A stretch of 64,000 bases of DNA, taken from the IMG/VR virus record IMGVR_UViG_3300034104_004892, positions 407 through 64,406 of that record. One strand, 5' to 3'. Below, in pieces: positions 19,841 to 30,124 of the stretch. Every line of letters begins with the position of its first letter. Position 1 is the first letter of the stretch. Both the position numbers and the translations under genes were made by a program. The DNA comes from a virus (lineage: Duplodnaviria; Caudoviricetes). The notes under the pieces are model-generated. The model was not told the DNA's origin. It ran no database searches and saw only the letters and a program-made list of their open reading frames with translations.

Positions 19841-21994
19841 TTAGGTTGCTCGAGTATAGAGGGTCGCTAAGACAGATGCAGAAACAGCAGTAGCGTCGGT
19901 ACTAGACCTGAATCTAGTTACGGCAATGTAGGCTTGGTAAAGCCCGGTAATTGCAATTGGACGATCAAATTGAAAGCTATTGTAAATCCGCGTGCCATCG
20001 CAAACGCACAGTGTCAAATTTGGAACAGTCACTCCAACTGTCGGCGAAGCCGATTGCGAAAACCAAATTTTTACGTACACCTGCTCGAGTCCGTATCCAG
20101 TGTCTGCGTTTTCAACAGAAAAATCAATTTTGTACAAATAAACCTGCGACAACGATGTCCCCTGAGGAGTCAGGCTTAATATAAAATTTTGAATCGATGC
20201 CTGCGATGACGCGCTGCTTGCCGATACAGGAATCGCGTTTCCAGCGTCGTTTGTGATTTCGACAGCCCCGCTGACTGAGACCGTCCCGCTTACTGCTTGG
20301 GTCGCTGGAAAGTTGGTTACGGTAACGCTGGATCCAGCCGATGCTGATCTGGCTGGAGCCTGAGATCTTCGGAACGTGACTTGGCCTTGCCCGGAATTGT
20401 AAGTAAAAACTCGGAACCGAATATTTGCCCAACCTACAGTCGAAAATTGATAAGCCTCACCAAGCGTAGAAATGACTGTAGCCAAATTGCCAGTCGTCAG
20501 GTTGAAGAGGTCAAGCTGTTTAAATGCAAGTCCATCAACTGAGCCTTCAACTACTATCGATCCGGAAAAATTCCAAGACGACGAAATGATCGCCGTGATG
20601 CTTTGGCACTGCACTACCGGAACTCCCGCAACCAAACCAGCAATTTGAATCACTGCAAATTGCGGAATGCCATTAAACGTAAACGTATTCTCGAGCCCCG
20701 GCTCAGATACATTTGTTCTGATGTTTGAAAGCGTCGATTCAGTAGCAACCCCAGAGACCGAAACTGTCCCGGACACAGGAATGGCGTTGCCAGCGTCATT
20801 GGTAATTTCGACGGATCCAGTAACCCCAACATTTCCTGAAACCCCAACATTTCCAGAAACCGGAATAGCGTTTCCGGCGTCGTTTGCAATTTCGACCGCT
20901 CCTATAATCCCAACATTCCCAATTGTATTGGATCCGGTTGCTAGAGGCGGCAACGAGCTTACAGATACGACATTGCTGGAAGTTGACCTTGCTGGAGTAG
21001 AAGACCTCTTGAAAACAAGAACTGCCGACCCGGAACTATACGCCGTAACGTAAAACCGAATGAACGCATACCCGGAGGTGTTCGCTTGATAAACCTCACC
21101 GAAGCTAGTTATTTGCGCAACAGTGGTGTTTGTCTGCGTATTGTAAAGAGGTATGTTTGAATAAGTTACGTTATCAAGAGACCCCTGTATCGCAATTGAT
21201 CCACCAAAAAAATAAGTTGCCGGAATTAATGCCGACAGCGACTCGCACACCACCTGACCACTTCCGGTGATTGGGATTACCTGATTTTGGTTGATTGCTG
21301 AAAAAACATTGGACGTCTCTGTGAGCTGCTCGGACAAGAGCGACTGCACGGTTGATAAAGTAGACTGCGTTGCAGCGCCTGCCGGAAGCGGCAACGATGC
21401 CGCGCTGATCGGGATGGCGTTTCCAGCATCGTTTGCAATTTCAACTGTGCCGACAACGCCTACATTCCCAATGGTGTTTGTCCCCGCTGGCAGCGCGGGA
21501 AGTGCGGTTACTTGCGTTTTTTGCGTTCCGTCTGTGAGGACTGCATCTGTTGCAGCTCCGACAGGCAACGGAAGCGAGGCTACTGAAACGGGAATTGCGT
21601 TTCCCGAATCATTTGTAATCTCGACTGTCCCAAGCGCGTTTGTTCCCGCCGGGAGCGATCCAGTCAGCTCAACGGTTCCCAATGCGTTTGTTCCGGCCGG
21701 AAGTGACCCCGTGATTCCAACAGTTGCAGCCGGGTCATCGTAAATTGCTATCAACGAATCGCCGCTTGCGTAGGTTGACGTATCAAAAGACAGCGTCAGG
21801 ATTTTTGTCGTTGGGTTGTAGAAAGAATACCCCTTTCCAGCTACGGTAGCACCATACATGATGGTGTTTCGCGTCTGGTTTAGAACCGCAAACAGCCTAT
21901 TCAGCGCAAACCCGGTTGTGGTCGAGAAATTAAGCGTTCCAACGCCAGCGGCGCCGGGAGTGAAAGATGGACTGTTTGTAAGTACCGTTTTCAT
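19841..21994 (-). CDS. Tail fibre/spike protein with VEIxNDxGNAIP repeats
   Basis: 717-aa Ser/Thr/Gly/Val-rich ORF with five copies of VEI[TA]ND[AS]GNAIP and LPAGTNxLG repeats. Confidence 0.75.
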   Translation of the reverse strand: MKTVLTNSPSFTPGAAGVGTLNFSTTTGFALNRLFAVLNQTRNTIMYGATVAGKGYSFYNPTTKILTLSFDTSTYASGDSLIAIYDDPAATVGITGSLPAGTNALGTVELTGSLPAGTNALGTVEITNDSGNAIPVSVASLPLPVGAATDAVLTDGTQKTQVTALPALPAGTNTIGNVGVVGTVEIANDAGNAIPISAASLPLPAGAATQSTLSTVQSLLSEQLTETSNVFSAINQNQVIPITGSGQVVCESLSALIPATYFFGGSIAIQGSLDNVTYSNIPLYNTQTNTTVAQITSFGEVYQANTSGYAFIRFYVTAYSSGSAVLVFKRSSTPARSTSSNVVSVSSLPPLATGSNTIGNVGIIGAVEIANDAGNAIPVSGNVGVSGNVGVTGSVEITNDAGNAIPVSGTVSVSGVATESTLSNIRTNVSEPGLENTFTFNGIPQFAVIQIAGLVAGVPVVQCQSITAIISSSWNFSGSIVVEGSVDGLAFKQLDLFNLTTGNLATVISTLGEAYQFSTVGWANIRFRVFTYNSGQGQVTFRRSQAPARSASAGSSVTVTNFPATQAVSGTVSVSGAVEITNDAGNAIPVSASSASSQASIQNFILSLTPQGTSLSQVYLYKIDFSVENADTGYGLEQVYVKIWFSQSASPTVGVTVPNLTLCVCDGTRIYNSFQFDRPIAITGLYQAYIAVTRFRSSTDATAVSASVLATLYTRAT

Positions 21995-22438
21995 TTAGCC
22001 AAAAATAAGTGCAGCAGCGATTGGGTCGAGCAAGTCCGACCAATAAGGCGAACTGGTGCCGCCGCTGAAAAGCACCTGACCAACATTTCCGGTTTGAACA
22101 AATCCCGTAACCGAAGGCGCTGTCTGATAAACAATCTGTCCAGCTTGACCGCCGGGAACTGAAACTGTCCCTTCAGACAGCGCCCTGATGAAATAACACA
22201 TCAACCCTTCTCCGGGATTTCTAGTGATCCCAAGGATTGTTGCCCCTAAGTTTGGATCGCACGGGATGTACCATGCCACGCGCCCATTCACTACGGTCTT
22301 TTGAATTGTTGCGCCGTAGAGAGCCGTCGTCAGATTGTCGATGAGCGACGGAACCGACTCGTTAGAAACGGACGGGTACGGAATGTCTTTCCGGCAGACA
22401 TCGACGTGGTTTGACATTGTTAAGGAGGTGTTGGCCAC
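21995..22438 (-). CDS. Short fibre-like protein paralogous to the N-terminus of 22772-23659
   Basis: Shares C..D.PYP.VS.ESVPSLI.NL...LYG..IQK.V.NG...W.IPCDPN..RN..GL.CY with the upstream gene. Confidence 0.75.
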   Translation of the reverse strand: MANTSLTMSNHVDVCRKDIPYPSVSNESVPSLIDNLTTALYGATIQKTVVNGRVAWYIPCDPNLGATILGITRNPGEGLMCYFIRALSEGTVSVPGGQAGQIVYQTAPSVTGFVQTGNVGQVLFSGGTSSPYWSDLLDPIAAALIFG

Positions 22439-22770
22439 ACAACGGAGGCCGGATCAGGATAGGTTTGAGGAAGGTCTCTCAACTGTTGCCTGTAGACCGC
22501 CCAATCCCATTTGCTCGGAAGGGAATTGTCAGGTAGTTGAGTCCAATCAGATTCGCTTAATTTCGCGTTTCTTTCAACACGCAAATCAGCCCAAGTTAAA
22601 GCAGGGCGAGGAATAAGCACTGGTTTCCCAAGCTCTTCGGAAATCATTAATCCGGAATTTTGACCTTGAATTAAGGCCGTATACTCCTGATCCGATATTT
22701 CAACTGCGTCCCAAGGTAAGTTTTTTGACGACTCATGGAAAAATCCCCGGGCTGAAGGCGAGTATTTCAT
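22420..22770 (-). CDS. Tail fibre assembly chaperone
   Basis: RVERNAKLSESDWTQLPD..WAVYRQQLRDLPQ..WPTPP signature. Confidence 0.85.
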   Translation of the reverse strand: MKYSPSARGFFHESSKNLPWDAVEISDQEYTALIQGQNSGLMISEELGKPVLIPRPALTWADLRVERNAKLSESDWTQLPDNSLPSKWDWAVYRQQLRDLPQTYPDPASVVWPTPP

Positions 22771-22771
22771 G

Positions 22772-23659
22772 TCAGTATCCGATTCCTAAGATGAATGCGG
22801 TGATGCTTGAGTTTGCGAGCCCGGAAAAAATAGATTTTTCGTACCCGGGAGATGGGACTGCTCTAGCGTTTACTGTCTGCCCCATACATATGGAGCCTAG
22901 CAGCATGTTCGGGAATGCAACTGGCCAAAAATTAGACGCTCCGGTTGGACTAAACGATGCAACGGCCCAATTTAAAACCAACCCATTTGGTAAAAACTGA
23001 AATCCTGCCGTAGATCCCCCAATAGATCTTACCCCGGCAAATTGAGATGTTGTCTCTAGAGTGGCATTTCCGGAAGCAAACCACGTCAAACTCGATGTGT
23101 CGTCCTGTGCAGTGAAAGTGACAGTATCATTTGACTGTAAGATGAAGGTGCTTTGAGATGGCAAGTTCCAAGCTGTTGAAACCGTGTTTGTGGGATCAAC
23201 TTGAACGGTCAAATTAAACTCCGTCGCGTTGTATAGCGTGATTGATTTTCGGCGCGAGTAATCGCTCCCCAATGCCAGTGTCGGAAGCGTAACTGAAGGC
23301 GTAGAAGTGGCTGAAATCAGCCATGTGGCGCCCATATCTGCTTCTGTAAATGTCTTTGGGGCGATAGCGGATCCGAGGGTGGTCGTCGGAACAACGCCTG
23401 CCGCTACTTCGAGCAAATAGCACAACAGGCCGGATCCATTCCGAGGAAACCCCGGAATTGAAAACGCACTGTTTGGATCGCATGGGATTACCCATTGAAC
23501 CGATCCGTTCGACACGTCCTTTTGAATTGTGCCGTACAGGCTTTTTACCAGATTCCCAATCAGCGAAGGCACTGATTCTGGAGAGACAATTGGGTACGGC
23601 GTATCAGCATTGCAAATGCTGTTATAAATGTTTCCTGAGTCGTCGCAGCCGCAGCTCAT
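22772..23659 (-). CDS. Tail fibre protein with gp53-like C-terminal domain
   Basis: C-terminal FQFLPNGLVLNW..WPVAFPN..ILGIGY; followed by a chaperone gene. Confidence 0.75.
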   Translation of the reverse strand: MSCGCDDSGNIYNSICNADTPYPIVSPESVPSLIGNLVKSLYGTIQKDVSNGSVQWVIPCDPNSAFSIPGFPRNGSGLLCYLLEVAAGVVPTTTLGSAIAPKTFTEADMGATWLISATSTPSVTLPTLALGSDYSRRKSITLYNATEFNLTVQVDPTNTVSTAWNLPSQSTFILQSNDTVTFTAQDDTSSLTWFASGNATLETTSQFAGVRSIGGSTAGFQFLPNGLVLNWAVASFSPTGASNFWPVAFPNMLLGSICMGQTVNARAVPSPGYEKSIFSGLANSSITAFILGIGY

Positions 23660-23660
23660 G

Positions 23661-23876
23661 TCAATGATTGGTTCGTTGTTTTAGGGCCGCCACAGCGTTT
23701 ATAGCGTCACGCTCGCATGCTTGGTATCGCTCATGCGAGTGCCACGTTTCATTTTTGGTCGCTTTGTACGTCTCCCCGGGGCTCAGGCGGAGGATCCCCG
23801 TGCTGCTGCGCGTAGGAGCTAATTGCGATGCCGGATGAGCGCAGCAGGCGGTCACGAAGGCGGTCGGCAAGATCAT
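23661..23876 (-). CDS. o-spanin (Rz1-like) lipoprotein
   Basis: MILPTAFVTAC lipobox-like start, overlapping the upstream membrane-anchored gene in another frame, within the lysis cassette. Confidence 0.55.
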   Translation of the reverse strand: MILPTAFVTACCAHPASQLAPTRSSTGILRLSPGETYKATKNETWHSHERYQACERDAINAVAALKQRTNH

Positions 23877-24036
23877 CGCCGTCAGCCGTGCCAGCAGCTC
23901 GAGCTTTTTGAATCCGGATTTCGATTTCATCGCAGTAGTCTGCAATATCACGCTCAAGCTCCCATTTTGCGCGGGTGTTCCTGATCGAGAAAAACGCCTC
24001 AAAGGTTTTGAGCAGGGACAGAAGCAGCGGGAGCAT
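23749..24036 (-). CDS. i-spanin (Rz-like)
   Basis: Hydrophobic N-terminus then coiled coil; downstream of endolysin and holin. Confidence 0.55.
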   Translation of the reverse strand: MLPLLLSLLKTFEAFFSIRNTRAKWELERDIADYCDEIEIRIQKARAAGTADGDDLADRLRDRLLRSSGIAISSYAQQHGDPPPEPRGDVQSDQK

Positions 24037-24205
24037 TTGGCTTTTCTTTTCGCAGAATGTTGATGATGCCTATCAGCGAAAGCCCGGCGCTGATGATTGC
24101 CTCGGCGAGGTCGGGCCGTAGCTTTACGCCAAGGCCAGTGAGAATTGAGATAATTCCACGCCACGTGGAGGTTTCATTTAAACGGTTTAAAATGTACTGG
24201 ATCAT
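23999..24205 (-). CDS. Holin-like two-TM protein
   Basis: RLNETSTWRGII..AIISAGLSLIGIINIL, two hydrophobic helices. Confidence 0.7.
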   Translation of the reverse strand: MIQYILNRLNETSTWRGIISILTGLGVKLRPDLAEAIISAGLSLIGIINILRKEKPNAPAASVPAQNL

Positions 24206-24738
24206 GCGAGGTATTCTTGAAGTTTTTCGATTCGGTTAAGCCATCCTTTTAAAAACCGTTTGTCGGTTTCATTTTTAGCGGCAAGTTGCTTATAAAAAAC
24301 GGTTCTCAGTTTAACAACTTCTTCCGCGATAGTTTCAGCACTGCGGGCGCTACACGCAGACACCACAGCAGCCAAAGTTTTTTTACCAAAAACACCATCG
24401 TCGTCGGCGCCTACCGCTCGTTGCAAAAATTTTGTGGCCTGCCCGATTCCGCAATTCACGCAACCGTCAAAATGCACAAGGCTTAACGGCCACTCGAGCT
24501 TGTCGCATTGTCCCTTGAGCCAGTATTCACGCTTGTAAATGTCTTTTGCTTCCAAAAGCGTCAACGCCTCAATATCAACGCCGGGATGCGATCGCTGATC
24601 GATTCCGTACTTTGTAAGGCCACCTCGATCTTCTTTGATGTTGGTTGAGATGACGTAGTCGTAGTTGCCGTGATGACCTTTTTTAAAAACGGTTTCACGA
24701 GCCAGCACAAACGCTACGGCATGTTCAAATTCAATCAT
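24202..24738 (-). CDS. Endolysin, glycoside hydrolase family 108 with peptidoglycan-binding domain
   Basis: DRGGLTKYGI, IYKREYW, HFDGCVNCG, LQRAVGADDDGVFGKKT and FLKGWLNR motifs; start at MIEFEH. Confidence 0.9.
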   Translation of the reverse strand: MIEFEHAVAFVLARETVFKKGHHGNYDYVISTNIKEDRGGLTKYGIDQRSHPGVDIEALTLLEAKDIYKREYWLKGQCDKLEWPLSLVHFDGCVNCGIGQATKFLQRAVGADDDGVFGKKTLAAVVSACSARSAETIAEEVVKLRTVFYKQLAAKNETDKRFLKGWLNRIEKLQEYLA

Positions 24739-24739
24739 T

Positions 24740-24982
24740 TTACGATCTTTCCAAGATCCGAGACCAAAGCTCTTTCCTGTCCCGTTCGCATTCAATAATC
24801 GCGTTGCGAAGTCCGTCAATTTGGTCACCAAGCGATTTAAGATGCTCATTGCGCTCTTCGTTTAGTTTTGTAATCAACCCCTTGTTCATGTTGTTCAAGA
24901 AGTAAATTGCAATGCAAAACATTGCAAAATAAGCACCTTGCCCTTTTGCTGTTTCGAGAAGCAGTTGTTCCATACTAGGCAT
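24740..24982 (-). CDS. BhlA-like holin/membrane protein
   Basis: N-terminal TM segment (GQGAYFAMFCIAIYFL) and coiled coil, directly upstream of the endolysin. Confidence 0.6.
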   Translation of the reverse strand: MPSMEQLLLETAKGQGAYFAMFCIAIYFLNNMNKGLITKLNEERNEHLKSLGDQIDGLRNAIIECERDRKELWSRILERS

Positions 24983-26006
24983 AAACCAAAGAAGCGGTCG
25001 CTGCGCTCGCTGTGTTAAGTGTAGTCCCGTCCGTTAGGCCGGGATTCTGGCTGATGAATATCTGCACTCCACTGGTGAACCTAAGGCCGATAGGTATAGG
25101 TATTGCAACATGCTGTCCTGCGGCAGCACCAACAACAAGTTTTGCATTTGTTCCAAACAGCGGCGGGTTTGCGGCCGAAGATGTTAACGTAGTTGCACTG
25201 TCAAAAAGTTTTACAAATGCTGTGGTGTTGTGAAGGTTCGAGATGTGAATAAGCCCAATATTCCCCGACACATTTTTAATTGAAGTGGTCGTGACAGCAA
25301 CGCCACTGGCGGCAGTAACATTTTGATAGTACGCAGAGTTGCTGTATCCAACATTGCTGTTGCCGCTTGTTATCGTAATGGGCTGTGCGCTATCGACTGA
25401 TCCAGTTGAAAGAGCTATTCCAAACACACATGTTCCGGCTGTGATTGCAGTGTTTTGAATAAGCCTGTACGAAACAAATCCAGAAGCATTTGCCCTATAA
25501 GCTCCCACTGCGGCTATAGCGGTGCTCATCACGCCAGTGCCAGAAGACACTTGAGTAGCAGTCAGTGAGGAAAAATTTGTTCCGTCATTAGACACCTGAA
25601 TAGATAAACTCATTCCAGATCCAATCGTAGAAATGACAAGTCCAATTGTTCTGTTCAGGTTGAGCGTGCCCGATGCAAGAATAGCTCCTGCCGCCATTGT
25701 AAACGATACTGTCTGGCCTACTACGGAGGCAGTGTTTGCCAAAGACAGTGAAATTGTATTTGTAGCCGTGCTGATTGAAATGACAGTTGCCCCCGGGTTA
25801 ATTCCAGTGCCCGATACTGTTTGGCCAACGCACACCCCGGAAAGGGAAGACACAACAATAAAAAATGCGCCTGCCGGGCCTGACGTCACAAAAGACGATG
25901 TTCCAAACGTGTATGCCCCAGTAACCGCCGTTGGCGAACTTCCTACGGGAATTGGGTTCCCGAGGTCGTTAGCAACCTCTAATGAATTGGAGAATTGGTT
26001 GATCAT
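24975..26006 (-). CDS. Virion fibre/decoration protein (343 aa)
   Basis: Beta-rich Ser/Thr ORF with LEVANDLGNPIPV and a C-terminal domain similar to that of 19841-21994. Confidence 0.7.
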   Translation of the reverse strand: MINQFSNSLEVANDLGNPIPVGSSPTAVTGAYTFGTSSFVTSGPAGAFFIVVSSLSGVCVGQTVSGTGINPGATVISISTATNTISLSLANTASVVGQTVSFTMAAGAILASGTLNLNRTIGLVISTIGSGMSLSIQVSNDGTNFSSLTATQVSSGTGVMSTAIAAVGAYRANASGFVSYRLIQNTAITAGTCVFGIALSTGSVDSAQPITITSGNSNVGYSNSAYYQNVTAASGVAVTTTSIKNVSGNIGLIHISNLHNTTAFVKLFDSATTLTSSAANPPLFGTNAKLVVGAAAGQHVAIPIPIGLRFTSGVQIFISQNPGLTDGTTLNTASAATASLVYA

Positions 26007-26007
26007 G

Positions 26008-26310
26008 TTATGCGCTACAAGTCATTATAGTGTAAGCCCCGACTGTGCCAGCGCCAGCAGCAATAGAGCCAGCTCCGAGTGGGATAATGTCGTTAAACTC
26101 CATTGACGCGCCCGGTTTTAGCAAAAAGCCTATGGCTGTGCCTGCCGCGCTGCCTGCATAAGAGATGGTTAAATCGCAATCGCCTCGATTCTGGATTAAA
26201 AAATAAACAGTTGCAGAGGTTAGCGTAAAGGCGGGCGTGAAGACTGAATTCGGCGAAATGCTGCTAGTGGTCTGGCTGCACTGCGCTTGGTTAACTGGAA
26301 GTGCTGGCAT
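26008..26310 (-). CDS. Small beta-rich virion protein (100 aa)
   Basis: LIQNRG..GFLLKPGAS motif seen in small phage decoration proteins. Confidence 0.65.
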   Translation of the reverse strand: MPALPVNQAQCSQTTSSISPNSVFTPAFTLTSATVYFLIQNRGDCDLTISYAGSAAGTAIGFLLKPGASMEFNDIIPLGAGSIAAGAGTVGAYTIMTCSA

Positions 26311-26311
26311 A

Positions 26312-28777
26312 TTAGGACATGGCCTCCTGACAGATTAAATGTGCGCCGACGTTTGCTCCGTTGGACAATACTGCTGTTCCAATAACAGTTGGCGAAGATG
26401 AGGCGGAAGTAAATGTAATGTCCGTTAGCGATGGTGTGGTTAGCACCGTGTAAGTGGCATTCAACCCACTCGGAGTAAAGCCTGCCAACGTAACAGAGTC
26501 TCCGGGATTAAGGCCGTGTCTTTCTATGAAGGAAAGAGTCGCAGTGCCACCGCTAACAATTAAAGAAGAAATCGGAGGCGATGATGTCTGTGTGGCTTTT
26601 GTCGTAATGGCAACTGTCAGAATGTCTGGCAACCCGCCTAAAATTGTATTGTAGAGCGGGAAAAAATTTTCCAAATCAATTGGAATTATACCGCTACCTC
26701 CTGCTGGCGACGTAAACGCAGAAACCACTTCGCCTCCAGATACTGCTGTTGCCGAAACGTCTCGAGTTGCAAATGAGTTGGGGCTACCTAGCGTTGCGAG
26801 TTGCTGGAATGCCGGGTTGGTCAACACAACCGGGTTCCCGGGCGTTGATGCAATCAGCTCAACAACGCACAAGGAATCAGATGATACCATCAACTGCAAT
26901 GGGAGCAATTGACCGCGATTGATTTGCCCAATGTAATAAGTAGGAGTGAATGTTATCGCAACACTTCCACCACTTGCGGTAGGCGCATTGCTAAGTACGA
27001 GCGTTCCAGACGATGTGCCTGTAATTGAAACAATCGTTGTTCCTGCCGCCAAAATGCCGCCAATAGCCGCTGTAACAGTCATCCCAACAAAAAATGATCC
27101 GGTTAGCCCGGAGTAGGACATCGTTGTAGATCCAGCAATAAAAGCTGCCGACGCGCTGCCCGTGCTCGTTAGCGGAGCCACAGCCATCGTGCCGCCCTGA
27201 ATTGGCTCAACAAAAGCTACAGCAGTCGAATTACTGGTTGTGATTCGAGCCATTTGAAACAGCCCGTTTGTCCCTTGGTAATAAAAAGATCTCCCTGCAA
27301 ACTGGTTGGTTCCAAAGTTTGCTCCAGAGAGCGTTGCAGTCCCAATAGTTGATGCAGCAGTTCCGTTTGTTATTGTTACGGTTGAAGGAGAAGTATATGT
27401 AGCTGTGTATGAGGCATTTATGCCCGATGGAAGAAATCCAGAAAGCGTAATTGGTGACGTTCCAGTTGGAAGTCCGTGCGCTCGCCTAAATTGAATTGTC
27501 GTTGTTGATCCAGAAACAATAAAACTCTGAATTCTCGGCAGTGTAACGGTGCCTGAAAAAGACGCAGAAGTTACGGTTGCTGAGGAAATGCCAATTGTAG
27601 TTTCACCAAGCGACCCGACATTTCCAACCTCTTGAATTCCCATTACTCGGGGCTGGATTGACAAGACCGGGAAGCGAGTGCTGTTTGGTGAAATGTAGCG
27701 GCGCGGAACCGCCGGATTCATTCCATAGGAATATGTAAAGCCGCGCTGTTCGTCCTTTTTGCCCTCCATCATCACGGACACACCGTAGTGGTACATGGTG
27801 TTTGCCACGGCCGAACCATTGTCTCTTTGCTCGTAACGAACGGGAAGATTGCCCGTGCGACTCCAAGCAACAACACCGTTTCCGGTGCCGGGCAAAACGC
27901 CGCCACCATACGTCCCGTTGTTTCCAGAGCCTACCTCGTGCAACACAAAAGGCTCGCCGTTGATGAGCACGCCCCAGCGCAAGGCTCCTGCGCCGTACCA
28001 AGCGTATTCCATCCAAAACATCTGAATTTTCGTCCAGTCAATCTGAGATTTAATGCCTTGAGGATCAGACCAATTTGCGTAGTCAAACCTTACGTCTATC
28101 GACAAGTACTGAAATTGAACCTGTGTGCTTGAAAGCGTGCCTGACGTTGGCGTGCTAATTGAAACAAAAGTTCCGGATACTGCCGTTACAAATGTATTGG
28201 CTGCAATTCCTCCAAACGGGCCAGTAACTCGTTGACCCGGGAAAATCCCAGTTGCGGTTGCTACGTTTAATACAGTGCTTCCAGTTCCAGCGGTTGCCGT
28301 TGTGGTTACAATGTAAGCGGGGGCAGTTGCGGTTGGAAAATAATTTGTGTCAGAGCGGATCACGCAATACATCCCGGAAGGATTGCCTGCGTTTGTCTGA
28401 CTCTGCTCAAAAAACATGCCGTTAGCATCGTCAAAAAAACCAAACCGTTGAATTTGGTTTGTGTTGGCCGCCCCAAGCTGAAGCGCAGTTGCCATAAACA
28501 GCGACTTCCCGGGCTGATAACGGTGATATGGGCGAGACTGCCGAATTGTGATCGCAGAAGGCGCATTTGCTGGCAGAAACATGGCGCATGCACCAACGCC
28601 CGGAAGATGCGTAATTGTGCCGCCGCCTGCCGTAAACTCCTCCCAACGCAATGGCTGTTTGCCATATTCAAAATCGGCGTCGTAGATGTTCTCGGACATC
28701 GACATCTTGATCCGACCCACCACGTCCTTGTCGCGTTTGACGACGTCTACACGTTGAATGTTTGAATTGATTGGCAT
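26312..28777 (-). CDS. Structural protein (head fibre/spike-like, 821 aa)
   Basis: IRQSRPYHRYQPGKS, QRFGFFDDANGMFFEQ, KIQMFWMEYAWYGAG and NLPVRYE motifs of a widespread phage structural family, with inserted small beta domains. Confidence 0.7.
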   Translation of the reverse strand: MPINSNIQRVDVVKRDKDVVGRIKMSMSENIYDADFEYGKQPLRWEEFTAGGGTITHLPGVGACAMFLPANAPSAITIRQSRPYHRYQPGKSLFMATALQLGAANTNQIQRFGFFDDANGMFFEQSQTNAGNPSGMYCVIRSDTNYFPTATAPAYIVTTTATAGTGSTVLNVATATGIFPGQRVTGPFGGIAANTFVTAVSGTFVSISTPTSGTLSSTQVQFQYLSIDVRFDYANWSDPQGIKSQIDWTKIQMFWMEYAWYGAGALRWGVLINGEPFVLHEVGSGNNGTYGGGVLPGTGNGVVAWSRTGNLPVRYEQRDNGSAVANTMYHYGVSVMMEGKKDEQRGFTYSYGMNPAVPRRYISPNSTRFPVLSIQPRVMGIQEVGNVGSLGETTIGISSATVTSASFSGTVTLPRIQSFIVSGSTTTIQFRRAHGLPTGTSPITLSGFLPSGINASYTATYTSPSTVTITNGTAASTIGTATLSGANFGTNQFAGRSFYYQGTNGLFQMARITTSNSTAVAFVEPIQGGTMAVAPLTSTGSASAAFIAGSTTMSYSGLTGSFFVGMTVTAAIGGILAAGTTIVSITGTSSGTLVLSNAPTASGGSVAITFTPTYYIGQINRGQLLPLQLMVSSDSLCVVELIASTPGNPVVLTNPAFQQLATLGSPNSFATRDVSATAVSGGEVVSAFTSPAGGSGIIPIDLENFFPLYNTILGGLPDILTVAITTKATQTSSPPISSLIVSGGTATLSFIERHGLNPGDSVTLAGFTPSGLNATYTVLTTPSLTDITFTSASSSPTVIGTAVLSNGANVGAHLICQEAMS

Positions 28778-28816
28778 GGCTAAAAATGGCGCTGAAAAAT
28801 TCGTTAGACCAGACGA

Positions 28817-28848
28817 AGCGGCACCCCGATGTTAATCAAGGTGCCGCT
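28817..28848 (-). terminator. Stem-loop after the major capsid gene (attenuator/terminator)
   Basis: AGCGGCACC/GGTGCCGCT inverted repeat with a weak U-tail. Confidence 0.5.
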
Positions 28849-28866
28849 GGGGTCTAGCCTAGCGGC

Positions 28867-30075
28867 TTACAGACCTGTTGCTGCGGTGCTGCAAGGAAGC
28901 GGCTGTCCATCAAACGGGCAGCGTTTGAATAGGATCGGCAGCACGTTCTGCGGACGCACGGGCTGAATGGCCCGGCTAATCTGGTAGATGTGCTGCCCAA
29001 AATCTCCGAAGAGGTTACAGTCGTTATCTCGAAACGCCGTCCACTCCAATTCGCCCATTGCAAGTTGCGGGGCAAATTTAAAACTGCCCTCCCCTGCATA
29101 GGACTCGGGCACAAGGCGTTTGAACCCTTCGCCCCCGATGACGAAACCCACCTCGTATGGGGCGTTGACCCAATCAGGATTGCGGCGCTGCGCAAACCCG
29201 TTGGTTACGGCCGTGGAGATGATGGGATTAACCAGAACGAGGTTGCCGTTGGAGTCAAACCCGGTGGATCTGAGCGGCTGCTGGTCGATCCCGAAAGCAA
29301 AACCACGATACCCCTGAAATTGGTAACCAGAGATGCTTTCTTCGCCGAGTTTGAACGAGCCAGCGGAGAGGTACAGAAGGTCTTCCTTGACGTCGGCGTC
29401 GTTGCGAATCTGTTCGATCGCATCGGCGCCAAGCATGACTTGGAAAAATTCTCCTTCTTTGCTGGAGAATGGTTCTGCCAACATTTCTTCCCGGAGGAAA
29501 GTTCCGCACCGATACAGGGTCTTGAAGTTCAAAGGCCCGTCAGGAAGCGTCTGCGCGAACTTCGTGTTGATGTTCTGCATGTCGCCCGTCAGGTTGGCGC
29601 CAAAGCTTGCGGTTGTGTTGACCACATACTTCACGCCGGATTGGATGAGATATTGGTAGCGAATGTCCGCGTTAATGATCTGCAAGATGGTCTTCTCGAG
29701 GGAGACCTGTGCTTGCAAGTACGAGCCCTTGAACGCCGTCCTCGCTTGTTTAACGCAAACGCGAGGGCCAGCCCCACGGAGCGTCTGCAAGCTGAACTGG
29801 TATTCAGTGCTGCCGACTTGGTCAGGAGCAGCCCCAACGCCGCACAGCGTCTGGTCTTCGACGAAAACGGGAGCTGCAAGTGATGCGACGGGAACCGCCA
29901 TTTCCTCGACGACGGAACGCACCACGTCGGAGACGTTTGGAATCGTTCCCCCATCGATCGAGTTAATGTAGGGTGATTTCCGGGCGAGGACTTTCGCGAT
30001 CTGCCCGATGATCCTGTTAACATCCTTGCTTGCAAAGTTTTGGATGGTTGCTAGTGGAATACAATCGTTTGCCAT
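28867..30075 (-). CDS. Major capsid protein (402 aa)
   Basis: Size, position downstream of the portal and scaffold, biased codon usage, AAACC-repeat leader and downstream hairpin. Confidence 0.8.
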   Translation of the reverse strand: MANDCIPLATIQNFASKDVNRIIGQIAKVLARKSPYINSIDGGTIPNVSDVVRSVVEEMAVPVASLAAPVFVEDQTLCGVGAAPDQVGSTEYQFSLQTLRGAGPRVCVKQARTAFKGSYLQAQVSLEKTILQIINADIRYQYLIQSGVKYVVNTTASFGANLTGDMQNINTKFAQTLPDGPLNFKTLYRCGTFLREEMLAEPFSSKEGEFFQVMLGADAIEQIRNDADVKEDLLYLSAGSFKLGEESISGYQFQGYRGFAFGIDQQPLRSTGFDSNGNLVLVNPIISTAVTNGFAQRRNPDWVNAPYEVGFVIGGEGFKRLVPESYAGEGSFKFAPQLAMGELEWTAFRDNDCNLFGDFGQHIYQISRAIQPVRPQNVLPILFKRCPFDGQPLPCSTAATGL

Positions 30076-30124
30076 AATAAGTTACAGTTTTGAGGGTTTG
30101 AGTTTGGTTTGGTTTGGTTTGGTT

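Noticed and set aside
28990-29883. 297-aa plus-strand ORF
   Set aside because: Antisense shadow of the codon-biased capsid gene, with no protein-like motifs
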